Part shown: positions 15,432-25,636 of the stretch, piece by piece | Layout of the letters: every line of letters begins with the position of its first letter | Position numbering within the stretch: the stretch's first letter is position 1 | IMG/VR virus record: IMGVR_UViG_3300020042_011085 | Span: 1 to 30,949 of that record | Reading direction: 5' to 3' (one strand) | Length of the DNA: 30,949 nt | DNA from: a virus | Taxonomy: Duplodnaviria; Caudoviricetes | Position numbers and translations under genes: made by a program | Notes under the pieces: generated by a model | The model's database searches: none | What the model saw: the letters and a program-made list of their open reading frames with translations, nothing else | What the model was told of the DNA's origin: nothing

Positions 15432-16820
15432 TTATGTTAGTGCAACTCTCAACATCTTAAATGCTACTGATCCAACAGTTGAAAGAGCGTAAAGTCTGAC
15501 CGCAGTAGAGGTGGCGTTAATTGTGTAGGTAGCGAACTGGCTATCAACGTAAATAGTACCGTATTCGGTCATATGTGCGTTACCGGATCCATACACCACA
15601 CTCAACTCCGACATTGTCTTCTTCTCTGTGTCAACAGTATTAATTGCTGTAATAGTATATTTAGCAGAGGTAAAATCCGCAATTGCAAAACTATCTACCA
15701 AATTAGCAGTTGAAGAGTTTGGAAATGTAAGTACTGTTCCTAATGCTGTTGAGGTGACTCTTGAAGAGGAGTTGCTGTAGACTGAAACTGAATTATTAAC
15801 GGTCAATGAGCCGTTAGAAATAACCATTGAGTTACTTACTCTTACTGTGTCTCCGGCATTAATTGTGTAGAAGCTGGAAGTGTTGACAGTAAATAGAGAT
15901 GTATTGACCGTGACGTTTGCCGCATTAATGTAGCTGTTAGAAGTAATATTTAATGTGTTGCTGCTGACGTTAGCTAACAGCCCTACCATACTTACGTTTG
16001 AAGTAGCGGATCCTATAGTAAGAATACCTCCACTCTCTACATTACCACCCCTGATTACAGGCGTTGCGACCGCATTACCAACAAATACGTTACCAGTAAT
16101 AATGCTATAAGCTGCAGATACATTTAAGTTAGATGTAAGGTTAACCTGTCCGCCGGATACTGTTACGTTTGCAGCGTTTACAGAAACGTTAGGTGCATTT
16201 ATGTAAGTATTAGATGGGATATTAAGCTGTACCATTGTCACACTGCCAACGTTACCAACGGCGGTAAGGTTGTGTGTGGTATTGGATCCGATAGTGGTAT
16301 TACCGTATACGCTTATGGTTGCAACGTTAAGGGTAAAGGCAGCTGCATTAACAGTTGTATTAGATGTTACTGTTAGTGTATTACCGTTTAAAGTAGTATT
16401 ATGGGAAGAATTAGAACCAAAGGTTGTATTACCGTATATGCCTATTGCTGTTACGTTTACTGTCAGTGCAGCTGCATTTACTGTTGAATTAGAAGTAATG
16501 TTAAGATTGTTGGCTGATACATTGGCCGTGTAGCCAGTAATAATTAAGTTTGAAGATGTTGTACTATTTGCAACCCCTAATGTCAAGGTGCTAATATTGG
16601 CTGTGTTACCAGCACTACCACCCCTAACAAGAGTTGCAGCATAGGTGTTAGCAGCAAGTATACCTATCACACTTCCGTTACCCGTTACGTTGGCCCCTGC
16701 AGTAGATCCCTCCACCGTTACAGTAATGTTGGTCAAGGCATCGGCTAAGATATTGGTTTTACCAACCAGGCCGGCGAATGTATCTGTTGCAATTACAACG
16801 TTGGAAACTGGTTTAGCCAT
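15432..16820 (-). CDS. N/S/T/V-rich fibre-like structural protein with C-terminal 'SAKY...TEYG' domain
   Basis: N-terminal TDTFAGLVGKTN (TDTF....KTN type motif of T4-like fibre proteins) and a low-complexity beta-type shaft. C-terminus DSFAIADFTSAKYTI...SELSVVY...AHMTEYG resembles the C-terminus of 4797..8435. Confidence 0.8.
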   Translation of the reverse strand: MAKPVSNVVIATDTFAGLVGKTNILADALTNITVTVEGSTAGANVTGNGSVIGILAANTYAATLVRGGSAGNTANISTLTLGVANSTTSSNLIITGYTANVSANNLNITSNSTVNAAALTVNVTAIGIYGNTTFGSNSSHNTTLNGNTLTVTSNTTVNAAAFTLNVATISVYGNTTIGSNTTHNLTAVGNVGSVTMVQLNIPSNTYINAPNVSVNAANVTVSGGQVNLTSNLNVSAAYSIITGNVFVGNAVATPVIRGGNVESGGILTIGSATSNVSMVGLLANVSSNTLNITSNSYINAANVTVNTSLFTVNTSSFYTINAGDTVRVSNSMVISNGSLTVNNSVSVYSNSSSRVTSTALGTVLTFPNSSTANLVDSFAIADFTSAKYTITAINTVDTEKKTMSELSVVYGSGNAHMTEYGTIYVDSQFATYTINATSTAVRLYALSTVGSVAFKMLRVALT

Positions 16821-17022
16821 TCTTTTCTCTTATTAAATTTTTTATGAGAGCATCCATTTCTAATAACTTGTGCTTAAGTTCTGAAATTTCTTGCTCACTC
16901 TGTGATTGAGCAGCCATGTTATCACGCTGCTGTTTGTAAAGTTTAAACGCATTAACATTGGTATTTATCAATGCGTTTGTGCCTTCATCTCTAGCAAAAT
17001 TAGGATCATCAGTTCGTATCAT
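16813..17022 (-). CDS. Small conserved hypothetical protein (C-terminal coiled coil)
   Basis: FARDEGTNALINTN..AFKLYKQQR...EISELKHKLLEMDALIKNL. This type of ORF commonly follows VrlC-like genes in T4-like phages. It abuts or overlaps both neighbours. Confidence 0.75.
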   Translation of the reverse strand: MIRTDDPNFARDEGTNALINTNVNAFKLYKQQRDNMAAQSQSEQEISELKHKLLEMDALIKNLIREKNG

Positions 17023-17023
17023 A

Positions 17024-20000
17024 TTACACCGAAACTGCTATTGCCCTTGCATCATCCAACTTAGGAACCAGATAGGTGTTGTCTGATACTAATACAATTT
17101 TAAGTGCCATGTATTTGTATGAATCCATGGCTTCTTGATTGTTAGTAAAGTATCTAACAATATTAGAATTCTGATTGTATTTAAAGGCTTGCTTGGTACT
17201 AGTAACCTTTTCAATAGTTACACCGTTAGTAACATCCCCTGAACTTGTACTAGCAAAAGTAACTGGATTCTCTAATACCAGGCTGGTATCGCTACCAATG
17301 CTTGCAACTGGGCTGATGAAGTAATCATTGGTAGAACTAGTTCTAACAATCTTAACTATGTCATTGGCAGTCAAACTTGAACTAAAGTTAGTATTAGAAC
17401 CAACAATGGTTGTGTTGCCGGTATTGGCAGTTCCAAATCCAGGTAGTACTGTAACTGTAGGAGTATACTTAAACGTATATTCGTATTCTCTTATATCATT
17501 CTCATCTAAAGATGCACTGAATAGAGTTGATGAGGTTACTTGATCTAATAGTGACCAGTCTTTATTTTCAAATCCGTCTTGATCAGATGCATTAAGAATT
17601 TTAGCATACACGTAAATGTTAGTACCTGAAGGCTTATATGCAGAGATGAATACTTTGATATCCTCAGCATCTAAACCATCGGCCAATACTAGTCTCTTTG
17701 AGATATATTTACAACTTGCATTACCGTATCTTGTATTTTCATTAGCGTTACTGTTGTTGATAAGGTACTTACTGAATACCAAGGACGCTGGAGAAACATC
17801 AACTACAGGTGAAGTGGTTGTAAATGAAGTTTCTAGGGTAAGGGTAGTACTTAACGACTTAGTTAAAGTAGCACCTGCAATCTCGTTTGATTTACTTTTT
17901 ACTAATCCGGTATCATTAATTTTAATATATGTTTTACCGTTTAACAAATAAGAGAGATTCTCAGTACCGCCAGTAGACTTAGTGACAGTTAGAGATGGTG
18001 TTATAGAGGTTCCAGGAGTCACAATATTAGTAATGAACGGATTAAATGCCGCCACATCCAGATTATCAATTGAAGTTACTTTGGCAGACGCGTCTGAATT
18101 ATCACCAACTACCAGTGCATTATAGGTACTGTTTGCTACAAAGATTTTAAATATGCTATTGGAAGCATTAGAATCTTTTAGGTGTAACTTACCTTTGGTG
18201 GAGTTATAGTACCCTACTCTACCACTAACTACTCTTTGAATACTACCAGCAAGACTTGCACTTACTGTATATTCAGGTGGTCTATTGACTGTAATAGCAG
18301 TAGAGTTAGCAGATTGAATTCTAAGGATATCGAATTTTTCATCTACGCTGTAATGTGCGGCACCTGATGCAGCAGTATTAAGAGGTGCATCTATAGTAAG
18401 TAAGTTATCATTTGTAACTGTTATAACCTGTCTAACCTCATTACCGATTCTAATAAAGTCACCATTTGCATACTTTGTGTTAAAGCCAGTGCTGGTAGAT
18501 GTAGCATTAGTAATAGTAATAGTAGAAGAGGTTACTGTACCAGTTCCTACACTGTTGGCAGTCCCGTAAACTATTAGAATAGTATCGTTAGCAGCTAAAA
18601 CAGAAGAAAGACTACTACCGGTTGTAATAACCGAACTTGTAGTGTTAGTTGTAATAGTACTGTTTAAATAGGAGTTTGCAAGCTGGGCAACTTCCTCGCC
18701 TCCGGTAAAGGAACCTGAATTGTTTGCAATAGTTAAATACTCAGTATCGTCATTAGTCATTACTAATGTGCCCGAGGTACCGGTAAATTCTGCCCTGTAT
18801 ACTTTAAACTTAATGTCTTCGTCTTGTACGGCTGTAAATGCTCTATTACTAGTTGAATAGAACATAGTACCTTCACCCCAAGTCTTATTAGGAGTCTTAG
18901 TTGTATCAAGCACATCAGGTAAACCAGGAATTGCTGTCCATACACGATAGTCAGGGGATGAGGCATCCGGTGTAAGCACGATAGCATATTCCCTACCCGT
19001 TTTAACTTGAACTGGTGATGGGAAATTAAACATAGTACCAGTACTTGCGTTATTACTTACACTAACGTTAGCTGATGGTTTGTAAACCGTGCCAAAGGGA
19101 ACGATGAACGGTCTAATCTGTCCTTCATCGCTAACTTCTCTTAAGTCTAAGGTAACACCTTTAGTAGCATCTTTCTGTTTAAAAAATACTTCAATTGCGG
19201 TTAAATGCATAAACTCTGAAGAGTCTTGTGAGTGAACGTAAAACGTTTGAGCTAATGGGTCAGTAGCTGGTGGTGGTGGTGGTGGTGTAAGATCAACTGT
19301 AGTTGCTACCGCCCACTTGTTGGTAGTTTGATTTATTACCTGAGTGTCTTGGTATGTTGATACTGCAAATGCGTCTTTCTGGGCTAAGTTAAACGACTTA
19401 GTACTTGTGCTTATAGCACCAGAAGTTCCACTTAACGTAAAGGACGAAAACTTACCTGAGCTCTTTGAGGTAGCTCCAGACTCTGAGGCCAAAGAGCTAA
19501 CGTCCATTACTAGGAATTCTTTTTCACCGGTAGTAAATGTATCACCTGGCAAGTATACTAGTAGAGCCAATACCCCACTAGCATCAGCCATTAATGCCGG
19601 GCTCGAACCTTTATTGTAAATAGGTAAGAAGCTGTTTAAGGTAGCGTTATTAGGGTCGGTTACAGTAGCTGGTACACAATACGAGGTAACATCAACACCA
19701 TCAAAGAAAACATAGTGCTGGGCGCCTGGTCTTAGACCTGCCGTATGAATTGCAATTCTTTGCTCTCTAATGTACGGGTTAACCTGTACACTCTTTAAGA
19801 AGTTACCCACATCTTGGGTTGATGTAATGGTAGGGGCTGGAGCAATCTTCTGAAAAGTGTCAGTCTTAGTAGTTGTTAGAGTCTCAGAGTAATTCTGTGT
19901 AGTAGTAGTTATAAACTGATTAGGTCTTGTGACTACGGTTGATTGATTTACTCCCCCTGAACTTACTTTAATATTATTAGGGGTTAAATTTAATTTACCT

Positions 20001-23000
20001 AATGCATCATTTACTGAGTTGGTTAATGCATTTATTGGATCGGCAATATTAATATCAATAACTGAGGTACTAACTACATCAGTATCGAAGAAGTTATCAA
20101 CCCTAGGTATGACAATCATCTTACCAGCAAAACTCCAAAATCCTGTAACAAGAGTTCTTTCCTTGTTGGCATGGGGCTGGCTTACAAAGGAGGTGGTAGT
20201 ATAAGGTAGTGTAACTAAATCACCTAACTTGGTTGTGCCAGAGCCTGCGGTAGAATATCTTAAATCAACTGAAATGAGTTCTTGCTGAGGGGTAAGTTTA
20301 GACTCATCTGTATTAATTAGTGCTTTAAACTCACCGTCATTAATATTAGAAATCTGATAGTCATTAAATGAGTCAACAAAGAAACCATTTTTAAATCTTT
20401 CTAATGAAGTATTAGCTTCACCTGGGAGAGTTAAATTCTTAGTGTCTGCTTCTATTGTATTAAGAAGGGTATAATATTCTAGTCTCTGAATTCTCTTCTC
20501 TAACGAATTAATATCGTTCATCGTATATCTACGAGTTTGAGAGAGAGTAACTGTATTCTTAAGATCAGAACGCTTGGCAGTAGCAGCTACCTTAGAGGTA
20601 AGACTTGGAAATGGAGCAATGGAAACTACTCCAATACTCATTGTATCTGCTTCTGGTGGCGGTGGTTGTGGGGTGTTAGAAGGAATACCCTCAATAGTTC
20701 TTACTCTACCTGCAGTAGTAATAACTACTCTATCAACCCGTGCCATATAGGACTCAATAGTCGTCTCAAAACTTCTAGAAGGGCATGGGAAGAACTTTTC
20801 ACCTGCTACAAATGTTTCTGTAATTGGTGGATCAATAGATGCACCTGCTAAGGTGGATGATAAGGCAGCTGTATTGGCAACTATAGGTCTGAAATCTAAC
20901 GCATCTCTAAGTGACAGCGCCTCACCTGATGTAGGGGAAATAAAGATTGGAATAGTCTCTGTTCGAATTTTATTCGAAGGTAGAGTAGTAGTTGTATCAT
21001 CTAATGGATATGATTCTGTTGATAGATACTTACCCGTACCGTGGGAGAATGATTTTACCTTTACAGCCAGACAGCTAGATGCAGTAAGACTTAGAGTTGA
21101 CCCTGGCTTCTTGGCAATGTAAGACAGACCGTAGAAGTTATCTTTTTGACCGTTTTGTAGTACAAATTCATCAACGTAGTTTGTAGTAGATTCTGAATAA
21201 GAGTTACCAGTACCTACGAATACTCCCTCAAGAGAAAATACATCAGGTATACCTAGACACCATGGCCCGGTAAGTGTATTTGCTAGCTTATCAGTAGATA
21301 TTTTTATGTAGATGGGATTATTGACTGTCTTTGCTCTAACCGCTGGCTCAAAATTCTCTAGATTGTGGTACATAGTAAACGATGTAGCCACATTAATCGC
21401 CGCGCCCACACTAACAGTTAGTTGAGTAGTTGAGTCCACGCTTATAGCACGGGTCGGGGTCCCGCTACGATTCATATTGATAGGTGCATAGGCAGGGAAT
21501 GCAATATGAACAGAATTAGCTACAGCAGCGACTGCCGCATTACTAGATAAAGATAATAACTGATCGTTGTAAATAAATGCAACACGTTGAGGAATACCAC
21601 CACCGATAGAAATATAATCACCAACTCTTAAGGCAGTAGTAAATACTGTACCAGTACCTGAAACGTTTGTTTGTGTGTTAGTAGCACTTACAGTACCGGC
21701 AACGTTTGATGAATACCTAAATGAGGCCTGGGGAACAATAATAAACTGTTGTTTGTCAGCATCACTCAAGCTACCTATACCATATGGTAATATATTTGCA
21801 CCGGAGAAAGAAACCGTTACACTACCTGTTGCCTGGGCAAGGGATGCAGTGGTAGAGGTTCTAAAAATGAATTCTTCAGAGGTAAGTTCCTTTACTGCAA
21901 ATGTCCCAGTATTAAATACGAGTGTATCATTTTGAAGATCTTGTAGTTCAGCAAATCCATTAGTCAGTACCACATCTGCAATTGCTGTAGCGCTAACAAT
22001 AATACTCCTTACATCTTTAAAACTCTTTCCAGAAGACATCACTACATTAAAGATGTATAACTTATAAACGCAATCTGGTGTGCCTGGTGTGCCGCTACTG
22101 TACTCCAATGATCTAACGTATGCAGTTCCTATAACCGACCCTGGTGTAGTAGGAGTACCACCACTATTATCGGTTATGTCTGTACCTGCAGTGCTATGTA
22201 GGTTAACCTGTGTTCCGTTTTTAATTTCAAAATGACCTGACAGCTCTTTTACCAATACATAACTACCGTATTGTGTATTAATTGTTTGATTTACTGCATT
22301 AGAGGAGTCAGTACCCTTACGAACCGGGGTGCGAGTGTTGTTAAGTAAGCTAATACGCTCACCCTTTACATACGCCGTTCCCGGGCTAAGAATTAAGTTA
22401 AAGTGAGTTGTATTACTCACACCTACCGTACTAGTATCTAGTCTAAACGTATCTAAGACGTAGTCGCCGCTCTCTTCAAATGTTCTACGTGCAAGTTCTT
22501 TATTGATAGAATTAAATTGAGTTACATCTCTATTTCTAACAATGTTGCCGTCTTGAAATTCTAATAAAGGAAGAAATTCGTTATTTGCAGCCGCTATCTC
22601 AGTATTAACAACCAGAAGGGTAGGAGTTAGCTGCAATCTATTAGCACCTGGTGCTGCAAAATTTGGTGATCCTGTAGCAAGATCTAAAAGTGAGGCGTCA
22701 ACGTTACTATTAACGATGGCCTCCGATGTGACGAAACCAACTGATTTATTAGTAGCTACTGGGCTGTATTTTTCAAGAATAACTGTCTGAGGCGCAACTC
22801 TAATAAAATTACCCTTTTGATAGATAATACCTCTGTCGGTTTTAACAGCCGCACCTCTACCAACTGGGGCAGTATAGGTTGAGTCAGCTACTCTAATTTG
22901 AGCAATGTAATTAACCGCTGTAAGTACGGCTCCAGCACCTGTTGAGGTTTCAATAGTAACTGAAGGTATAGTGGTATAGCTTGTACCCTTATTAATTAAG

Positions 23001-23602
23001 GATACATCAATAATCTTACCGTCGCCGTTAGTAGTAATAGTGGCAATAGCACCAGAGCCGGTAGTACCGGTAATTTCCACTGAATCACTATTTGAATATG
23101 TTGCTCCACCCGCAGTTATAACAATTTCTTCAATAGTACGGTTGACATTAAATACTTTAATGACTTGGTTATTTGAGAATACTTTTTGACCCGCATCTCC
23201 GGTATTAATATACTTAAGATAAACGGTGTTAAGATCTGGATTTTGTGATTGAAGGCCTGCAACTGTATCGATCACCAAAGCTTGTAGGTTTGAGGATTCT
23301 TCAATTAAGAGCTGATCATAGTATGATCCTAAAGATACCGGCTGACCATCTTCCTGCAAGTCATTAACTTTAATGTAGTTATATCCGTAATCTGGATAGA
23401 TATTACAACCATCAATAATCGTGCCTTTAACATATACATTATCACCAAATCTCTCAACTTGTGTCTGAAGTATGGTTTGTAGTTGAGTTAACTCTCGTGC
23501 TTGAAGTGCAACACCGGGTCTAAAGAGAACACGATGATAGTTCTTCTCTTCATCGTAGTCGTCAAAGTACGGGGTTACATTTAAATTTGTCTCGATTGCC
23601 AT
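17024..23602 (-). CDS. Large virion structural protein, VrlC / DUF4815-like
   Basis: TNLNVTPYFDDYDEEKNYHRVLFRPGVALQARELTQLQTILQ, LARRTFEESGDY, RYTMNDI..LEKRIQRLEYYTLL, RFKNGFFVDSF, DPLAQTF, KYISKR..LADG, ALKIVL. RBS GAGGA at 23607-23611. Follows gp8. Confidence 0.88.
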   Translation of the reverse strand: MAIETNLNVTPYFDDYDEEKNYHRVLFRPGVALQARELTQLQTILQTQVERFGDNVYVKGTIIDGCNIYPDYGYNYIKVNDLQEDGQPVSLGSYYDQLLIEESSNLQALVIDTVAGLQSQNPDLNTVYLKYINTGDAGQKVFSNNQVIKVFNVNRTIEEIVITAGGATYSNSDSVEITGTTGSGAIATITTNGDGKIIDVSLINKGTSYTTIPSVTIETSTGAGAVLTAVNYIAQIRVADSTYTAPVGRGAAVKTDRGIIYQKGNFIRVAPQTVILEKYSPVATNKSVGFVTSEAIVNSNVDASLLDLATGSPNFAAPGANRLQLTPTLLVVNTEIAAANNEFLPLLEFQDGNIVRNRDVTQFNSINKELARRTFEESGDYVLDTFRLDTSTVGVSNTTHFNLILSPGTAYVKGERISLLNNTRTPVRKGTDSSNAVNQTINTQYGSYVLVKELSGHFEIKNGTQVNLHSTAGTDITDNSGGTPTTPGSVIGTAYVRSLEYSSGTPGTPDCVYKLYIFNVVMSSGKSFKDVRSIIVSATAIADVVLTNGFAELQDLQNDTLVFNTGTFAVKELTSEEFIFRTSTTASLAQATGSVTVSFSGANILPYGIGSLSDADKQQFIIVPQASFRYSSNVAGTVSATNTQTNVSGTGTVFTTALRVGDYISIGGGIPQRVAFIYNDQLLSLSSNAAVAAVANSVHIAFPAYAPINMNRSGTPTRAISVDSTTQLTVSVGAAINVATSFTMYHNLENFEPAVRAKTVNNPIYIKISTDKLANTLTGPWCLGIPDVFSLEGVFVGTGNSYSESTTNYVDEFVLQNGQKDNFYGLSYIAKKPGSTLSLTASSCLAVKVKSFSHGTGKYLSTESYPLDDTTTTLPSNKIRTETIPIFISPTSGEALSLRDALDFRPIVANTAALSSTLAGASIDPPITETFVAGEKFFPCPSRSFETTIESYMARVDRVVITTAGRVRTIEGIPSNTPQPPPPEADTMSIGVVSIAPFPSLTSKVAATAKRSDLKNTVTLSQTRRYTMNDINSLEKRIQRLEYYTLLNTIEADTKNLTLPGEANTSLERFKNGFFVDSFNDYQISNINDGEFKALINTDESKLTPQQELISVDLRYSTAGSGTTKLGDLVTLPYTTTSFVSQPHANKERTLVTGFWSFAGKMIVIPRVDNFFDTDVVSTSVIDINIADPINALTNSVNDALGKLNLTPNNIKVSSGGVNQSTVVTRPNQFITTTTQNYSETLTTTKTDTFQKIAPAPTITSTQDVGNFLKSVQVNPYIREQRIAIHTAGLRPGAQHYVFFDGVDVTSYCVPATVTDPNNATLNSFLPIYNKGSSPALMADASGVLALLVYLPGDTFTTGEKEFLVMDVSSLASESGATSKSSGKFSSFTLSGTSGAISTSTKSFNLAQKDAFAVSTYQDTQVINQTTNKWAVATTVDLTPPPPPPATDPLAQTFYVHSQDSSEFMHLTAIEVFFKQKDATKGVTLDLREVSDEGQIRPFIVPFGTVYKPSANVSVSNNASTGTMFNFPSPVQVKTGREYAIVLTPDASSPDYRVWTAIPGLPDVLDTTKTPNKTWGEGTMFYSTSNRAFTAVQDEDIKFKVYRAEFTGTSGTLVMTNDDTEYLTIANNSGSFTGGEEVAQLANSYLNSTITTNTTSSVITTGSSLSSVLAANDTILIVYGTANSVGTGTVTSSTITITNATSTSTGFNTKYANGDFIRIGNEVRQVITVTNDNLLTIDAPLNTAASGAAHYSVDEKFDILRIQSANSTAITVNRPPEYTVSASLAGSIQRVVSGRVGYYNSTKGKLHLKDSNASNSIFKIFVANSTYNALVVGDNSDASAKVTSIDNLDVAAFNPFITNIVTPGTSITPSLTVTKSTGGTENLSYLLNGKTYIKINDTGLVKSKSNEIAGATLTKSLSTTLTLETSFTTTSPVVDVSPASLVFSKYLINNSNANENTRYGNASCKYISKRLVLADGLDAEDIKVFISAYKPSGTNIYVYAKILNASDQDGFENKDWSLLDQVTSSTLFSASLDENDIREYEYTFKYTPTVTVLPGFGTANTGNTTIVGSNTNFSSSLTANDIVKIVRTSSTNDYFISPVASIGSDTSLVLENPVTFASTSSGDVTNGVTIEKVTSTKQAFKYNQNSNIVRYFTNNQEAMDSYKYMALKIVLVSDNTYLVPKLDDARAIAVSV

Positions 23603-23611
23603 ATGGTCCTC

Positions 23612-25624
23612 TTAGAATTGGAGCACTATTCTGAATGCTTCAGATTGTGAGTTAGATCTTGAAATTGGTTCGCTGTTTTCTATGTATATCACTTCACCTG
23701 AATTTTTAACTATATCAGGTGGATATTTAACTGATCCTAAAGTATAGGTTGCACTTCCATTCACCTGTACCAATTCTTCATTAGGATCGGCATTAATAGG
23801 GCCTTTTTCTGATGTAAGGAATAGATAGGTTGAATTAGCAGAATGGAAAAATGCATTTGATAAGGAAACTTCTGTTTGGTATACAACTGCATCGTTAGCA
23901 AAAGCCAGAGTATTAGCGGTGTAAGAAATTCTAGTTCTGTTATCAAATGTATTCCAGCTATTATAATTCTTTTCATTAACTGTTATAGCAGTAACGTTTG
24001 CCATGGCGCCTGACACGCTACCTATAACCGGTCTTCCTACTACTATTTTTGGTTGTGTATTAGTTAATGTTATATAGGGTGATGTATTTCCCTCTTTTTT
24101 ACCAGTAGCTATAATTTGCGCTTTAGCCAGGGTAGCATAAGAGGCATTAAAGGAGTTATTAGAAGTTAATTGTATTTGAGTGCTATTAGATACTGTATCG
24201 ACTGTTCTAATAGATTGTATCTGGGCAGCCGTATCAAATAAAATTACTGTGTCGCCAGGTAGTAGGGCATTACTAAAATCTGTTCCTAAGCCCACTACCG
24301 TACCAGTACTAGTATTGGTGGATACTGTACCAATAACTTTTGCATAATTAACTTGGTTAATAGTTTCCCCTACGCTGAAGGTGCCTGACTCGCTACCAAG
24401 TGTTAATGTTACGTTATCAAAATAAGGATCCTTAAGGATCATAATTTGTCTATAATCATTAAAAGTCGATACGAACCCGCTTTCATTATTTGAAAACTGT
24501 ACACTTATGGTAAGTGCATCTGATCCAAGCTCAACAGCTGCATTAGTACCATGACCACCAATAGGGGGTATGACTGGGGATACAGATGTACTGACTGCAA
24601 CACCCCCGGTGTTACCTCTGACAAGTGCGTCGGCGTAAGTATAATTAGAACCTCTATTAATCATAACAACTTTAGAAACAAAGTTATTAACAGTACTGTT
24701 AGATGCTATAACGGCATATCCTGCAGCGCCACTACCGTCACCGGTTATAACAATGTTAGGGGTTACCAAATATTGTGAATCTGTACTTGGTGCGGTTGAA
24801 AAGGCATTGTTTACAGTGATAACGCGAGTTGCAGCATCATAATTAATAATAGATTTTAATTGCCCACTACCTGTACCAGAATTAATGTAAATAGCACTAC
24901 CAGTATAGAAGTCGGAGTTAGATGCAGCATTTGAGTTTAGTCTATAACTAAATTCACCACCCCCGGTAGGAATTGCATCCCTTAAATCGTCTACAGTAAA
25001 ACTACCTGATAGTACAGAAAGATATCCTGAGCCGGGGTTAGAAACTTTAATAACATCAATAGCACCAGAAACTGAATTACCGGATACATTAGCACTTGTT
25101 ACTACTGGCATAAAATCGCTAGTTGCAAACTTCTCAAACGTTGCCTCTGGCATTCTATACATAAGTTTCCACTTATATCCATCACCAGTTGTAATGAAGT
25201 TGCAAGCTGACTCGACCGTACTAGTTGGCTGAACTGTTGATACTGCCCCGTTGTTATTATCTAGAACTTTATACACATAGTAAAAAGACCCAGCATCTAC
25301 TGCGGCGTAAAACTCTTTAGAGTAAAGCTCTGGATCATTATTATCATACATTGCATATGCAGTATTAGTTGTCCAGTTATGTCTTGGTACTACTAAACTT
25401 ACGTCTGATGCTTGTATTTTTTTACCGAATACTATTTCTTGATAAGGTCTTACTTGAAACTCTAGATTGGTTTCAGTAGGTGATGGTGTACTATCGTCAC
25501 CGCCGGTATATGGGGTGTGCTTGCTTGCGGCAATGTAGTAAATATTATTAGCAGGTTCACTAAGAGATTCAATAACCTGCTCTGCTACGTGCTTACTAAA
25601 TGATTTAGAAACTATTTTAGACAT
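23612..25624 (-). CDS. gp8: Baseplate wedge subunit, T4 gp8-like (extended)
   Basis: KKIQASDVSLVVPRHNW, VYKVLDNNNG.VSTVQPT, DGYKWKLMY, P.GGHG.NA..ELG, and C-terminal SGEVIYIEN..PISRS..QSE.FRIVLQF. Syntenic after gp6-gp7. Confidence 0.88.
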   Translation of the reverse strand: MSKIVSKSFSKHVAEQVIESLSEPANNIYYIAASKHTPYTGGDDSTPSPTETNLEFQVRPYQEIVFGKKIQASDVSLVVPRHNWTTNTAYAMYDNNDPELYSKEFYAAVDAGSFYYVYKVLDNNNGAVSTVQPTSTVESACNFITTGDGYKWKLMYRMPEATFEKFATSDFMPVVTSANVSGNSVSGAIDVIKVSNPGSGYLSVLSGSFTVDDLRDAIPTGGGEFSYRLNSNAASNSDFYTGSAIYINSGTGSGQLKSIINYDAATRVITVNNAFSTAPSTDSQYLVTPNIVITGDGSGAAGYAVIASNSTVNNFVSKVVMINRGSNYTYADALVRGNTGGVAVSTSVSPVIPPIGGHGTNAAVELGSDALTISVQFSNNESGFVSTFNDYRQIMILKDPYFDNVTLTLGSESGTFSVGETINQVNYAKVIGTVSTNTSTGTVVGLGTDFSNALLPGDTVILFDTAAQIQSIRTVDTVSNSTQIQLTSNNSFNASYATLAKAQIIATGKKEGNTSPYITLTNTQPKIVVGRPVIGSVSGAMANVTAITVNEKNYNSWNTFDNRTRISYTANTLAFANDAVVYQTEVSLSNAFFHSANSTYLFLTSEKGPINADPNEELVQVNGSATYTLGSVKYPPDIVKNSGEVIYIENSEPISRSNSQSEAFRIVLQF

Positions 25625-25629
25625 GTCTT

Positions 25630-25636
25630 TATTTAT
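25630..25636 (-). promoter_or_regulatory. Possible late promoter (ATAAATA) overlapping the gp7 stop, 5 nt upstream of the gp8 ATG
   Basis: Minus strand reads TAATAAATAAAGACATG with no clear Shine-Dalgarno. Confidence 0.4.

Noticed and set aside
17024-23602. Intein or homing endonuclease in the very large VrlC-like gene
   Set aside because: No Hint-domain signatures (N-terminal C-F/L..GT, C-terminal HN-[CST]) and no LAGLIDADG/HNH motifs were seen.
6038-23976. Short alternative-frame minus-strand ORFs (6038..6229, 14265..14795, 18763..18987, 23761..23976)
   Set aside because: All are nested in longer, motif-supported genes. The longest simply reflects the collagen/bead repeat read out of frame.
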